64,000 bases of DNA from an uncultured Citromicrobium sp. (GTDB taxonomy: Bacteria; Pseudomonadota; Alphaproteobacteria; Sphingomonadales; Sphingomonadaceae): positions 1,936-65,935 of the forward strand of contig CAZNOY010000013.1 of assembly GCA_964574905.1 (NCBI GenBank). Direction: 5' to 3'. Numbering within the stretch: the stretch's first letter is position 1; each line of letters opens with the position of its first letter. A program made the translations under genes and the position numbers. The notes beneath the pieces were generated by a model. The model was not told the DNA's origin. It saw only the letters and a program-made list of their open reading frames with translations, and did not search any database. Positions 17,208 through 26,534 of this stretch are shown here, piece after piece.

Positions 17208-19820
17208 ATGAATCGAATGGTTTGCATCGCAGCGGCGGCACTGGCGGCTGCGGCAGCCGCACCCACCTCGGCTCAGGAGTGCGCGAGCGAGACAGACACT
17301 CGCACGAAAACCGGGCAGGCGGCCCAGGATCTGGCAGAGGGGGTCGCCGCCATGATGGCGGAGATCGACGCCGAGGCGGAGGGCGAAACGGCGACCGCCT
17401 ATGCGTTTCTCGATGGCGAGGAACCGGGCAACCCGCTCGAACTGACGGCCGAGGATATCGCCTTTTTCGCCTGCGAAGAAGGCGCGGTGTCGAACTATCG
17501 CGCCTACCCTCGCCGAGAGCAGATTGCCTGGCTGGTGAGGTTGCATTCTGCGCTCGCGGGCGGAGGCACGCTCGACGATGCGGCGGAGGCGATTGCGGGC
17601 GATACCCGGATTGCACCGGCAGCCGCGCGAGAGGTGTCTCGCCTGTGGCTGATCTCGTCGATCAACGGCTTCCGGATGAGGGAATCGGATGGTGAGATGG
17701 TTGCCGAGTTCCGACGGCAGGCGTTCGACGCGCTCGAAGCGGCAGGCGGGCACCCGACGGCGCTGGCGGTGCTGGCTGAAGCTCTCGATACGGTCGACGA
17801 GTGCGCACAGGCCAATTTCGACGGTCTGCTTTCGCGCGCCGCGCCCGGCACCGACGCGGCCTGGATCATCGCAGAGGCGGCCACCTGCAGCCGGAACTAC
17901 GTGCGCGCTCTGCAAGCCGATCCCGCGCACGCCGTCGCACCAGTCTACCGCCTGGCGACCTATGGCTCGCTGAGCGATGTGCGAAGCATCCCGGTGCTCG
18001 AATGGCTGGCGAGCGATGCCGCAGTCGCAGCCGTCGCGCCCGCCGATCGGGCGAGCTACCGGAGCGGCATCACCGCGCGCCTGCTCGACCAGTTGTTCGA
18101 AAGCGGCCTGACCGAACGCGCGCTGGCGCTTTACGATGGCCTGCCATCCGAGGTGCAGGAGCGGATCATCGCAAGTGGGGCGCCCGTCGCGACCGACGAG
18201 AAATCTCGACGCAGCGTCGAAACCGGCCGCACCATCACCATTTCAGGTCACTCGGTCGTGTGGAAGGAATTCGAACCCTGGAGTGCGCTGACAACTCACC
18301 TCGCCATCGCACTCTACAACGCGGGTCGTGTGCCGGAGGCAGAGGCGCTGCTCCAATCCGACATCAGACTGGCGGAGAGCCGCAAGTGGGCCGAATGCAG
18401 GACCGATTTCGAACGTAAGACTCAGTGCGGGGACGAACCGGATTCGCAAACCATCTTGCTGCTCGACAAGCAGATGCACCAACCCGAGAGCGATCCCTAC
18501 CCGTTGGCCGAGGTCATTTTCGGGAGCGGTTTTCCAGGCTCCATCTCTCAATCCGGACCGGTCGCCGATCTCGGCTGCATCGTCTTCGCCGAGCCGCAAT
18601 ATGCCGATATCTGCGATAGCCTGCGCCAGTCGGTAGCGCGCAGCGCGACGCTCGACCTGGACGATTACGAGGCCGAAGAATCGGAGCCGGCATTCGCCGC
18701 GATCCGCGATCTGGGCCTGCCCGGCTTTGCGGCAATCGCAGCGGCAACGGACCAGCGGCTGGCGCAGGCGCGCGCCGCCTATGGCCCGCTCGACGATGAC
18801 AACTGGCAGCGCGAGCGGGTCGATCCGGTCTATCCCGACTTTGCCGTCTCCCGGCAGCCCGCCGATGCCCCGCGCCTTGCGAACGAGGGCGACGATGTGG
18901 AAGGGCCCGAATGGCCAGACAATTTTGGCGATCCGCCGCCCGCGATGTGGCCGCTACGCTGGGATGTGGACGGCGACAGGGTTACCGCGATCGCGATCTC
19001 GCCGATCTTCGATCCGGCGGGCGAAGTCTCCCCCGGCGGGTACTGGGTGTTGTTGTCGGAAAACGGCGGGAAGAGCTGGGCCGACGCGCTCTACACCGGC
19101 CTCTCGGCCTATTTCCCTTTTGTCTTCGATGCCGCATCGACCATGCGGCTGCGCGATGGCGACACGATCCACCTGCCGGTGGAGCGCGCGCTGATCGACA
19201 CCTCGACGATCACCTATCCGCCGATCGGCACGCAAACGATCGATCGCGAAGGCGGGCTGGTACTCGACCTGCCGCTCGATCGGCTGCGCGCGGACAGCGA
19301 TAATGACGGGCTCACCGACCTTGCCGAAGCGCACCTGCTGCTCGACCGCCCGCGCGAAGGGCTCGATACGCCCTTCGTGGTCGGCAACTATGTGCCCGTG
19401 ACATGCGAGGGCCCGCCCGATCGGCAGATGCTCGCGCGCGCGGAGATGTTCGCGCATATTTTCCAGACTTCGGCGCGCGCCATCGTGGAACCGGTCGACC
19501 GCCCCCCTTCGCAGATCATAGGTGGATGGAAGCGCGTGCCGACAGCCGAAAACCTGCCGCTGTTCATCGCGGGCGATCCGGCGGATTTCGCCTGCCTGTC
19601 GATCGCGCAGCCGGTGATGGTCTATTCGCAGGACGACATAGCCGAGCTGCAACGCCGCACGCCCGACTTCCGCACGATCAAACTGCCGCGCATGGTCGTC
19701 AATCGGGCGGGCACGCGCGGCTACGTCCAGTGGTCGGCGGGCTGGACCGGCGGCACGCTGCTATTCCTGTGGGAAGACGGCGCGTGGCGGGTCGAAACCA
19801 TCAGCGAGTGGATCACCTAG
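17208..19820 (+). CDS. large secreted hypothetical protein (870 aa)
   Basis: Signal peptide (MNRMVCIAAAALAAAAAAPTSAQ). One DSDNDGLTD calcium-binding-like motif. No family recognised. Confidence 0.7.
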   Translation: MNRMVCIAAAALAAAAAAPTSAQECASETDTRTKTGQAAQDLAEGVAAMMAEIDAEAEGETATAYAFLDGEEPGNPLELTAEDIAFFACEEGAVSNYRAYPRREQIAWLVRLHSALAGGGTLDDAAEAIAGDTRIAPAAAREVSRLWLISSINGFRMRESDGEMVAEFRRQAFDALEAAGGHPTALAVLAEALDTVDECAQANFDGLLSRAAPGTDAAWIIAEAATCSRNYVRALQADPAHAVAPVYRLATYGSLSDVRSIPVLEWLASDAAVAAVAPADRASYRSGITARLLDQLFESGLTERALALYDGLPSEVQERIIASGAPVATDEKSRRSVETGRTITISGHSVVWKEFEPWSALTTHLAIALYNAGRVPEAEALLQSDIRLAESRKWAECRTDFERKTQCGDEPDSQTILLLDKQMHQPESDPYPLAEVIFGSGFPGSISQSGPVADLGCIVFAEPQYADICDSLRQSVARSATLDLDDYEAEESEPAFAAIRDLGLPGFAAIAAATDQRLAQARAAYGPLDDDNWQRERVDPVYPDFAVSRQPADAPRLANEGDDVEGPEWPDNFGDPPPAMWPLRWDVDGDRVTAIAISPIFDPAGEVSPGGYWVLLSENGGKSWADALYTGLSAYFPFVFDAASTMRLRDGDTIHLPVERALIDTSTITYPPIGTQTIDREGGLVLDLPLDRLRADSDNDGLTDLAEAHLLLDRPREGLDTPFVVGNYVPVTCEGPPDRQMLARAEMFAHIFQTSARAIVEPVDRPPSQIIGGWKRVPTAENLPLFIAGDPADFACLSIAQPVMVYSQDDIAELQRRTPDFRTIKLPRMVVNRAGTRGYVQWSAGWTGGTLLFLWEDGAWRVETISEWIT

Positions 19821-19893
19821 GCGCTGCGGCAGGACCCCGCGCCGTCATGCGCGGGGCCGGGGGCCTTGCGATGCGCCATTGCTGGCGGAAGAT

Positions 19894-20667
19894 TCAGAAA
19901 TCGGCGGCGGGGTTTTCGCGCACCTTGTCCTGCCGCTCACGCTCCCGCTGTTCGGCCTGCTCGCGCGCCAGCCGCCAGGTTTCCTTGTAATTCGCGTCGA
20001 GAATGCGCGTGTCGAGCAGGAAGCTGCGGGTATATTCAACCGGGCGGCCGACCACGCTGCGCTGGAACCCGACCTTGACCGCAAGGCCCCAATAGCAGCC
20101 CTCGTGCTGCTCGATATTCTGCGGGGCGCGAAAATAGCGGAAATTGTTGCGCATCGGCCCGCATTTGCGCGGCAGCTTCTTGGGGAACCAGGCGCCCATC
20201 ACCTCGCCCCTGTCCGTATCGTACACAGGTGCATCGCCATATTTTTCGAGCAGCGCGTCCATCACGGTAGTGTAGGCGGGGTAGTGACCGCGGCGGTACG
20301 AACTCTCGCGATAGACCGCGAGCGCGCGCGGATTCTCGCTGAAATCGAAGTAGACGGTGATCCGCTCGTAAGAGGGGCGGGTGCCTTCGTGGTCCCGATC
20401 GGCCTCGAGATAACGCATCGCCCCTCGGCCAAGCGCGGTCCGCCCGAGCCTGTTCCCCTTCACCTCGAAATCGTTTGCGGCAAGGGCGACCAGCACCTGG
20501 TCGACATTCATGCCAAGCTTGAGGTTGAGGATGTCTTCCTGCGGTGCGGCATCGTAATAGGGAGCGAGCACATCGGCGAACTCGTAGTCGGGCTCCTGCG
20601 CGGCTGCCGGAACGGCTCCTGCCGCCAGCAGGCCCAGTGCAAAACCCGTGGCCTGCGCGAATAGCAT
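19894..20667 (-). CDS. secreted hypothetical protein
   Basis: Signal peptide from the internal ATG 20667 (MLFAQATGFALGLLAAGAVPAAAQ). No family recognised. Confidence 0.6.
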   Translation of the reverse strand: MLFAQATGFALGLLAAGAVPAAAQEPDYEFADVLAPYYDAAPQEDILNLKLGMNVDQVLVALAANDFEVKGNRLGRTALGRGAMRYLEADRDHEGTRPSYERITVYFDFSENPRALAVYRESSYRRGHYPAYTTVMDALLEKYGDAPVYDTDRGEVMGAWFPKKLPRKCGPMRNNFRYFRAPQNIEQHEGCYWGLAVKVGFQRSVVGRPVEYTRSFLLDTRILDANYKETWRLAREQAEQRERERQDKVRENPAADF

Positions 20668-20851
20668 ACGAAAAATCTTCAAGGCGCCCCCCCCTTCCTG
20701 TGCGTCGGGGGGCACCCTACCGGCTCGATCGGGTCATGCAAGAACGCGGGCCGGATGCACGGGCCGGGTCGATGCGCGCGCTTGCGCGCTTGGCACGTGG
20801 GCACCGACCTGCGCGGGTTCCTCTATTGCGGGGCCGCCGTGGGCACGCCGC

Positions 20852-22894
20852 CTACTGGCAGGCGAGGCATTCCTCGTAGTCGGTCTGCTCTCCGCCGGCG
20901 CCTGCGGCCAGTTCGTACTTCGCCGCTTCGGAGGTGTTGTCCGCCTCCACGCCGCCGGCAAAGCCCGCGCGCTGCACGCTCTTGCTCCGCAGGTAGTAGA
21001 GCGATTTGATCTTCCGCTCCCACGCGTGGAAGTGCAGCATCATCAGATCCCACTTGTCGACGTCGGCGGGGATGAAGAGGTTGAGGCTCTGCGCCTGGTC
21101 GATCATCGGCGCGCGGTCCGCCGCAAAGTCGAGCAGCCAGCGCTGGTCGATTTCGAAGCTGGTCTTGTAGACCGCCTTTTCCTCGGGCGTCAGGAAGTCG
21201 AGGTGCTGCACCGAACCGCCGCGTTCGAGGATCGAATTCCACACATTGGTCGAATCCTTGCTCTTCTTCGCCAGCAGTTCCTTGAGGTAGGGGTTCTGGA
21301 CGACGAAGCTGCCCGACAGCGTCTTGTGCGTGTAGATGTTGGCGGGGATCGGCTCGATGCACGCCGAAGTCCCGCCGCAGATGATGCTGATCGAGGCGGT
21401 CGGTGCGATCGCCATCTTGCAGCTGAACCGCTCCATCGCGCCCATTTCCTCGGCATCGGGGCACGGCCCGCGCTCGTGCGCGAGCATCATCGATGCCTCG
21501 TTCGCCTTGGTGTTGATGTGCTGGAACATCTTGACGTTCAGCGCCTTCGCCATCGGCCCTTCGAGCGGCAGGCCCTGCGACTGGAGGTAGGAGTGGAAAC
21601 CCATCACGCCCATGCCGACCGATCGTTCGCGGCTGGCGGAATACTTCGCGCGCGCCATTTCGGGCGGGGCGCGGTCGATATAGTCCTGCAGCACGTTGTC
21701 GAGGAAGCGCATGACGTCCTCGATGAACTGCTTGTCGCTGTTCCACTCGTCCCACTTTTCGAGGTTGAGCGAGCTGAGGCAGCACACCGCCGTGCGATCG
21801 TTACCCAGGTGGTCGCGGCCCGTGGGCAGCGTGATTTCGCTGCACAGGTTGGAGGTCGAAACCTTCAGGCCCAGGTCGCGGTGATGCTTGGGCATCATCG
21901 AATTCACCGTGTCGGAGAAGACGATGTAGGGTTCGCCCGTCGCCAGCCGCGTTTCGACCAGCTTCTGGAACAGCGAGCGCGCGTCGACCGTCTTGCGGAC
22001 CGACCCGTCGCGCGGGCTAACGAGATCGAATTCCTCGCCCGCACGCACCTTTTCCATGAACTCGTCGGTGACGAGCACGCCGTGGTGCAGGTTCAGCGCC
22101 TTGCGGTTGAAATCGCCCGAGGGCTTACGGATTTCGAGGAATTCCTCGATCTCCGGGTGGTTGATGTCGATGTAGCACGCCGCCGAGCCGCGCCGCAGCG
22201 AGCCTTGCGAGATCGCCAGCGTCAGGCTGTCCATCACGCGCACGAAGGGGATGATCCCGCTGGTCTTGCCGTTGAGGCCGACCGGCTCGCCGATCCCGCG
22301 CACATTGCCCCAGTAGGTGCCGATCCCGCCGCCCTTGGAGGCGAGCCACACGTTCTCGTTCCAGGTGTCGACGATGCCGTTGAGGCTGTCTTCGACCGAG
22401 TTGAGGTAGCACGAGATCGGCAGGCCGCGATGGGTGCCGCCGTTCGAGAGCACCGGGGTCGCGGGCATGAACCACAGGTTCGAGATATAGTCGTACAGGC
22501 GCTGCGCATGCTCCTGATCGTCGGCGTAGGCATCGGCCACACGCGCGAACAGGTCCTGATATTTCTCGCCCGGCAGCAGGTAGCGATCCTTGAGCGTTTC
22601 CTTGCCGAATTCGGTCAGGTTGTCATCGCGCGCTTCGTCGGTGACGATCTCGAACCGGCGCGGGTTGACCTTCTTGCTGTCGGACGTGTCGGCGACGCTT
22701 GCTGCGACGGCCTTGGCCATGGCCTCGGCGGCGGCGCCAGCCACCAGTTCTTCCGATCCGTGATCCTGCTTGTCCATCGCGACTGCCTTCTTTGGGGTCC
22801 TGGTCTTGGCCTTCTTCGCGCCGGCCTTGCCCGTAGGCCGCACCGTCTCTTCGCCGGTAGTCGAGATATCGGTTTCGCCTGTGCTGAATTCCAT
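20852..22894 (-). CDS. nrdA: ribonucleoside-diphosphate reductase alpha subunit (class I), no recognisable ATP-cone
   Basis: WFMPATPVLSNGG, SNLCSEI, the catalytic-site region and the C-terminal CxxC tail (ECLACQ). The first 90 or so aa are K/A/T-rich low complexity, so the true start may be internal. Confidence 0.88.
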   Translation of the reverse strand: MEFSTGETDISTTGEETVRPTGKAGAKKAKTRTPKKAVAMDKQDHGSEELVAGAAAEAMAKAVAASVADTSDSKKVNPRRFEIVTDEARDDNLTEFGKETLKDRYLLPGEKYQDLFARVADAYADDQEHAQRLYDYISNLWFMPATPVLSNGGTHRGLPISCYLNSVEDSLNGIVDTWNENVWLASKGGGIGTYWGNVRGIGEPVGLNGKTSGIIPFVRVMDSLTLAISQGSLRRGSAACYIDINHPEIEEFLEIRKPSGDFNRKALNLHHGVLVTDEFMEKVRAGEEFDLVSPRDGSVRKTVDARSLFQKLVETRLATGEPYIVFSDTVNSMMPKHHRDLGLKVSTSNLCSEITLPTGRDHLGNDRTAVCCLSSLNLEKWDEWNSDKQFIEDVMRFLDNVLQDYIDRAPPEMARAKYSASRERSVGMGVMGFHSYLQSQGLPLEGPMAKALNVKMFQHINTKANEASMMLAHERGPCPDAEEMGAMERFSCKMAIAPTASISIICGGTSACIEPIPANIYTHKTLSGSFVVQNPYLKELLAKKSKDSTNVWNSILERGGSVQHLDFLTPEEKAVYKTSFEIDQRWLLDFAADRAPMIDQAQSLNLFIPADVDKWDLMMLHFHAWERKIKSLYYLRSKSVQRAGFAGGVEADNTSEAAKYELAAGAGGEQTDYEECLACQ

Positions 22895-23181
22895 AGTCTC
22901 GCCCCTAAAGTAGTGCCCGATGGAGCGGCCTTTCCCCGCCCCACGACCGTGATCGTTCGACGCGGCAGGCCGCGCCCACCAAAATCATTCGCCTTCGCGC
23001 CGGTCTAGACGGGAATCCCAATCCGCCACGCAAAGCGCGCATACGGAGCCAATCTGCTGCGAAGAGCATTGCCCCCATTGCCGCCTGCGTCTCGAATGGC
23101 CGGGTCGGTTCCGGTCCTCATCCGCATCGCGAAGGATTGCGAACATGAATCAGCAGGCCGGAAGGCGCAAGGGGTGAGATG

Positions 23182-23197
23182 ACGCAAAAATATGTGT
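23182..23197 (-). promoter_or_regulatory. possible NrdR-box-like 16-mer (ACACATATTTTTGCGT) upstream of nrdA
   Basis: Matches 13 of 16 positions of my remembered consensus ACACAATATATTGTGT. It lies 288 nt upstream of the annotated start, with no properly spaced second box. Confidence 0.25.
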
Positions 23198-23431
23198 CGC
23201 ACGCCGCAATGTGACTGGACGCGGCTACAAAACCAACGCGCGCGCCGATTCGCAGACGTGCTTCGGGCGCGATCAAACTGTGCAAAACATTTCGCGCGTC
23301 GAGTGTGCCGGGCGATTGCCCCGCGATACCGATTGGCAGCCGGAAAAACGGCCACGAAAAAGGGCCCCCGCGCCATGCGCGAGAGCCCCGGTTACCGGCA
23401 AAAGCGCCGGTGGTGGATGTGCGCGACGCGC

Positions 23432-23713
23432 TTATTCCATCTCGTCGGCGCGCTCGTTCATCGCGTCGGCCTTCACCTCGCCCGAGTCCTCGACCTGATC
23501 GGCCTTGGCATTCAGCGCATCTTCCTGCGCTTCGGTGGGCGCCTGGTCGGCCCGCTCTTCGAGCGCGTCGGCACGCTCATCGCTGGTGGCTTCGACCTGA
23601 TCGGCCTGCTGTTCGAGCATGTCGCCCTGCTCTTCGACGGCATCGTCCTGACCGCAAGCGCTCAGCGCAAGGGCGGCGGCAGGCAGGGCGGCGATAAGTG
23701 CGATCTTCTTCAT
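23432..23713 (-). CDS. small acidic lipoprotein with ADQVE/ERAD repeats
   Basis: Lipobox (LALSAC) from the internal ATG 23713. The remainder is rich in D, E, A and Q. Confidence 0.55.
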   Translation of the reverse strand: MKKIALIAALPAAALALSACGQDDAVEEQGDMLEQQADQVEATSDERADALEERADQAPTEAQEDALNAKADQVEDSGEVKADAMNERADEME

Positions 23714-23812
23714 GGGAATTGGTCCTTCAATTGCCTCCGCCCGGCACGGGCGGCACACCCCACCAATGGTCGAGCGCCGCTATTTGGCCATAATTAGCAA
23801 TTGTTATAAAAT

Positions 23813-25399
23813 TCAGCGCGGTAGCAAAACGGTATCGCGGGCGATCGGATCGGTCTGCGGGTGGTCGAGCGTGAAGTGCAACCCCCGGCTCTCCTTGCGT
23901 TCGAGCGCGCAGCGCACGATCAGCTCGGCCGCCTGAACCAGGTTGCGCAGCTCGATCAGGTCGGTCGTGACGCGGAAGCTGCCGTAGTAGTCCTCGATCT
24001 CCGACTGCAGCAGGCGAATGCGGTTCGCCGCACGTTCGAGCCGCTTGGTCGTGCGCACGATCCCGACATAGTTCCACATGAAGCGGCGGATCTCGGTCCA
24101 GTTCTGCTTGATGACCACCTCTTCGTCCGAATCGGTCACCCGGCTCGCGTCCCACGGGCGGATCTCGGGCGGAGCCTCCAGCTCGTCCCACATCGACAGG
24201 ATGTCGCGCGCCGCCGCCTCGCCGAACACGAAGCACTCGAGCAGCGAGTTCGACGCGAGACGGTTCGCCCCGTGCAGCCCGCTTTCGATGCATTCGCCCG
24301 CCGCCCACAGGCCGGGCAGGTCGGTCCGCGCATAGAGGTCCACCAGCACGCCGCCGCAGGTATAATGCTGCGCGGGCACGACCGGGATCGGCTCCTTCGT
24401 CATGTCGATCCCTAGGCCGAGCAGCTTTTCGTGGATCGTGGGGAAATGCTCGCGCACGAACTCGGGCGGCTTGTGGCTGATGTCGAGATGGACGTAATCG
24501 AGCCCGTAGCGCTTGATCTGGTCGTCGTTCGCGCGCGCCACCACGTCGCGCGGGGCCAGCTCCATCCGTTCCGGATCGTAGGCGGTCATGAACCGCTCTC
24601 CGGTGCGCGGATTGAACAGCCGCCCGCCCTCGCCGCGCACCGCCTCGGTAATCAGGAAGTTCTTGACCTCCAGATTGTAGAGGCAGGTCGGGTGGAACTG
24701 CATCATTTCCATGTTGGCCACGCGCGTGCCCGCGCGCCACGCCATCGCGATGCCATCGCCCGTCGCGCCGCGCGGCGCGGTGGAGAACAGGTAGCAGCGC
24801 CCCGCGCCGCCCGCCGCGAGCACGGTCGCACGCGCGACATGCGCCTCGACCTTGCCCGTCTCCTCGTTCAGCGCATAGGCACCCCACACCTGCCCCGCGC
24901 CCGAATAGCGCAGCTCGTGCCGCCCGGTGATCAGGTCTACGCAGGTGCGCCCCGGCAGCAGGGTGATGTTGGGGTTTTCCTCGGCGGCCTTCAGCAGCGC
25001 GGATTGCACCGCCCAGCCGGTCGCATCGTTCACATGGACGATTCGGCGGTGCGAATGGCCGCCCTCGCGCGTCAGGTGCAGCGCGCCGCTTTCCTTGTTG
25101 AAGGGCACGCCCAGCTCGATCAGCCGGTCGATCGCGTGCGGCGCGCGCTCGATCACGAATTCGACCGTGTCGCGATCGTTCAGCCCCGCGCCCGCCACCA
25201 TTGTATCGCGGATATGATCCTCGAACGTGTCGCCCGCGTCGAGGACGGCGGCGATGCCGCCCTGCGCCCACGCCGTGCTGCCTCCGGTGAGCGAGCCCTT
25301 GGCGAGGACGAGCACCTTCTTCTCTTCGGCAAGGGCCAGTGCCGCGGTCAGCCCGGCGGCACCCGACCCGATGATGAGGACGTCGTGGGTTTCGGTCAT
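23813..25399 (-). CDS. nadB: L-aspartate oxidase
   Basis: HDVLIIGSGAAGLTAAL, TAWAQGGIAAV, MQFHPT, GLWAAGE, NRLASNSLLE. Confidence 0.92.
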   Translation of the reverse strand: MTETHDVLIIGSGAAGLTAALALAEEKKVLVLAKGSLTGGSTAWAQGGIAAVLDAGDTFEDHIRDTMVAGAGLNDRDTVEFVIERAPHAIDRLIELGVPFNKESGALHLTREGGHSHRRIVHVNDATGWAVQSALLKAAEENPNITLLPGRTCVDLITGRHELRYSGAGQVWGAYALNEETGKVEAHVARATVLAAGGAGRCYLFSTAPRGATGDGIAMAWRAGTRVANMEMMQFHPTCLYNLEVKNFLITEAVRGEGGRLFNPRTGERFMTAYDPERMELAPRDVVARANDDQIKRYGLDYVHLDISHKPPEFVREHFPTIHEKLLGLGIDMTKEPIPVVPAQHYTCGGVLVDLYARTDLPGLWAAGECIESGLHGANRLASNSLLECFVFGEAAARDILSMWDELEAPPEIRPWDASRVTDSDEEVVIKQNWTEIRRFMWNYVGIVRTTKRLERAANRIRLLQSEIEDYYGSFRVTTDLIELRNLVQAAELIVRCALERKESRGLHFTLDHPQTDPIARDTVLLPR

Positions 25400-25478
25400 G
25401 TCCCGTCTCATGGCGGGCACGGTGCGGTGCTGCAAGATTTTGCTTGATCGTCAAGCATTCGCGGTGTGCAAACCCGCG

Positions 25479-26495
25479 ATGGACCCGGAACGGCGAAAGC
25501 AGCTTGAAGAACGCCGCGCAGCCTTGCGCGAGGCTCCGCCGCCCCGACGCGTCGAAGGCACGATCATCCCGCGGCTCGCGGAACGCGGCGTGCCGCACGA
25601 GCCACGCTTCGATGGAATCTGGACCCCGCCCTATATCCGCGTCGCGGGCAATGGCGTGTGGTGGCCGGATTGCCCCGAACCGGCGGACATCGACCACTGC
25701 TGGCTGAATGACGAGGTCGATCCCAAGGGCACCCTGACCGCGCAGTTGCGCGTCGATGTGATCCGCCGGATGATCGAACGCGCGACCGCTCCGGATACCG
25801 AGGTCCGCTTCGGCTACGACACCGGCTTCGAAACCGACGTGTCACTCAGGGCGAGCGATGCGATCGCCAATCTCGATGTGCTGCTCGATTTCGGCTGGAC
25901 GATCTGGATCACCGGCTATCCGGAGAACTGGCTGATCGAGATGAACCGTGACGACATCGCGCGGCTCGCCCTGCCGCCCGAACTGTCGCCCGAAGAAGAC
26001 GCCCGGCTCGACGCGCTGGCGCAGCTCTACGCGTTCCCGCTGACCCAAACGCTCGCCGGCCTTGGCATCGCGCACGAACTGATCCGCGACGACGATCCGC
26101 GACGCCCACGGAGGCCTCGGCACGTCTACAATGACCGACCGGGGATCGAGAAGGAGAGTCTGAAGACAGTCGTCGATCCGGACGATATCGACGCCTTGCA
26201 GACGCTGGTGAGCGATTTCGTGGAGGCGCGCTGCGAGGCGGATGCAACGCTGGTCGCGACGGTGGGCATGTACGGCGTGCCGCACAACCGGACCGGATCG
26301 CCCTACGTGCTGATGCCTGTCACCGCGCTCGTGCCCACGTTCCATTCGCTGGTGGCGATGGGGTACCGCGACATCGAGCAGGAGCCGCTGGCCGGCGTGT
26401 CGCTGAGCCATGTCGAGCTGTGGAGCACGGCAGGGAACTGGCTGCTGACCGTCGCTTTTGACGATCCCTTCTGGAGAATCCGCGCCTGGGGTTAA
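25479..26495 (+). CDS. hypothetical cytoplasmic protein (338 aa)
   Basis: ORF from the internal ATG 25479. High-GC codon bias. No family recognised. Confidence 0.55.
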   Translation: MDPERRKQLEERRAALREAPPPRRVEGTIIPRLAERGVPHEPRFDGIWTPPYIRVAGNGVWWPDCPEPADIDHCWLNDEVDPKGTLTAQLRVDVIRRMIERATAPDTEVRFGYDTGFETDVSLRASDAIANLDVLLDFGWTIWITGYPENWLIEMNRDDIARLALPPELSPEEDARLDALAQLYAFPLTQTLAGLGIAHELIRDDDPRRPRRPRHVYNDRPGIEKESLKTVVDPDDIDALQTLVSDFVEARCEADATLVATVGMYGVPHNRTGSPYVLMPVTALVPTFHSLVAMGYRDIEQEPLAGVSLSHVELWSTAGNWLLTVAFDDPFWRIRAWG

Positions 26496-26534
26496 GCCCG
26501 GGTCAGGTATCCTTTGCTGCGCTCAGTCCGCGGA

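Noticed and set aside
20648-23008. 786-aa plus-strand ORF.
   Set aside because: It is antisense to nrdA, which carries unmistakable RNR motifs, so this is a shadow ORF.
23199-23216. Second NrdR-like box (TCACATTGCGGCGTGC) next to the first one upstream of nrdA.
   Set aside because: It matches only 8 of 16 positions. Its centre-to-centre spacing of about 17 bp does not fit the 31-32 bp I recall for tandem NrdR boxes.
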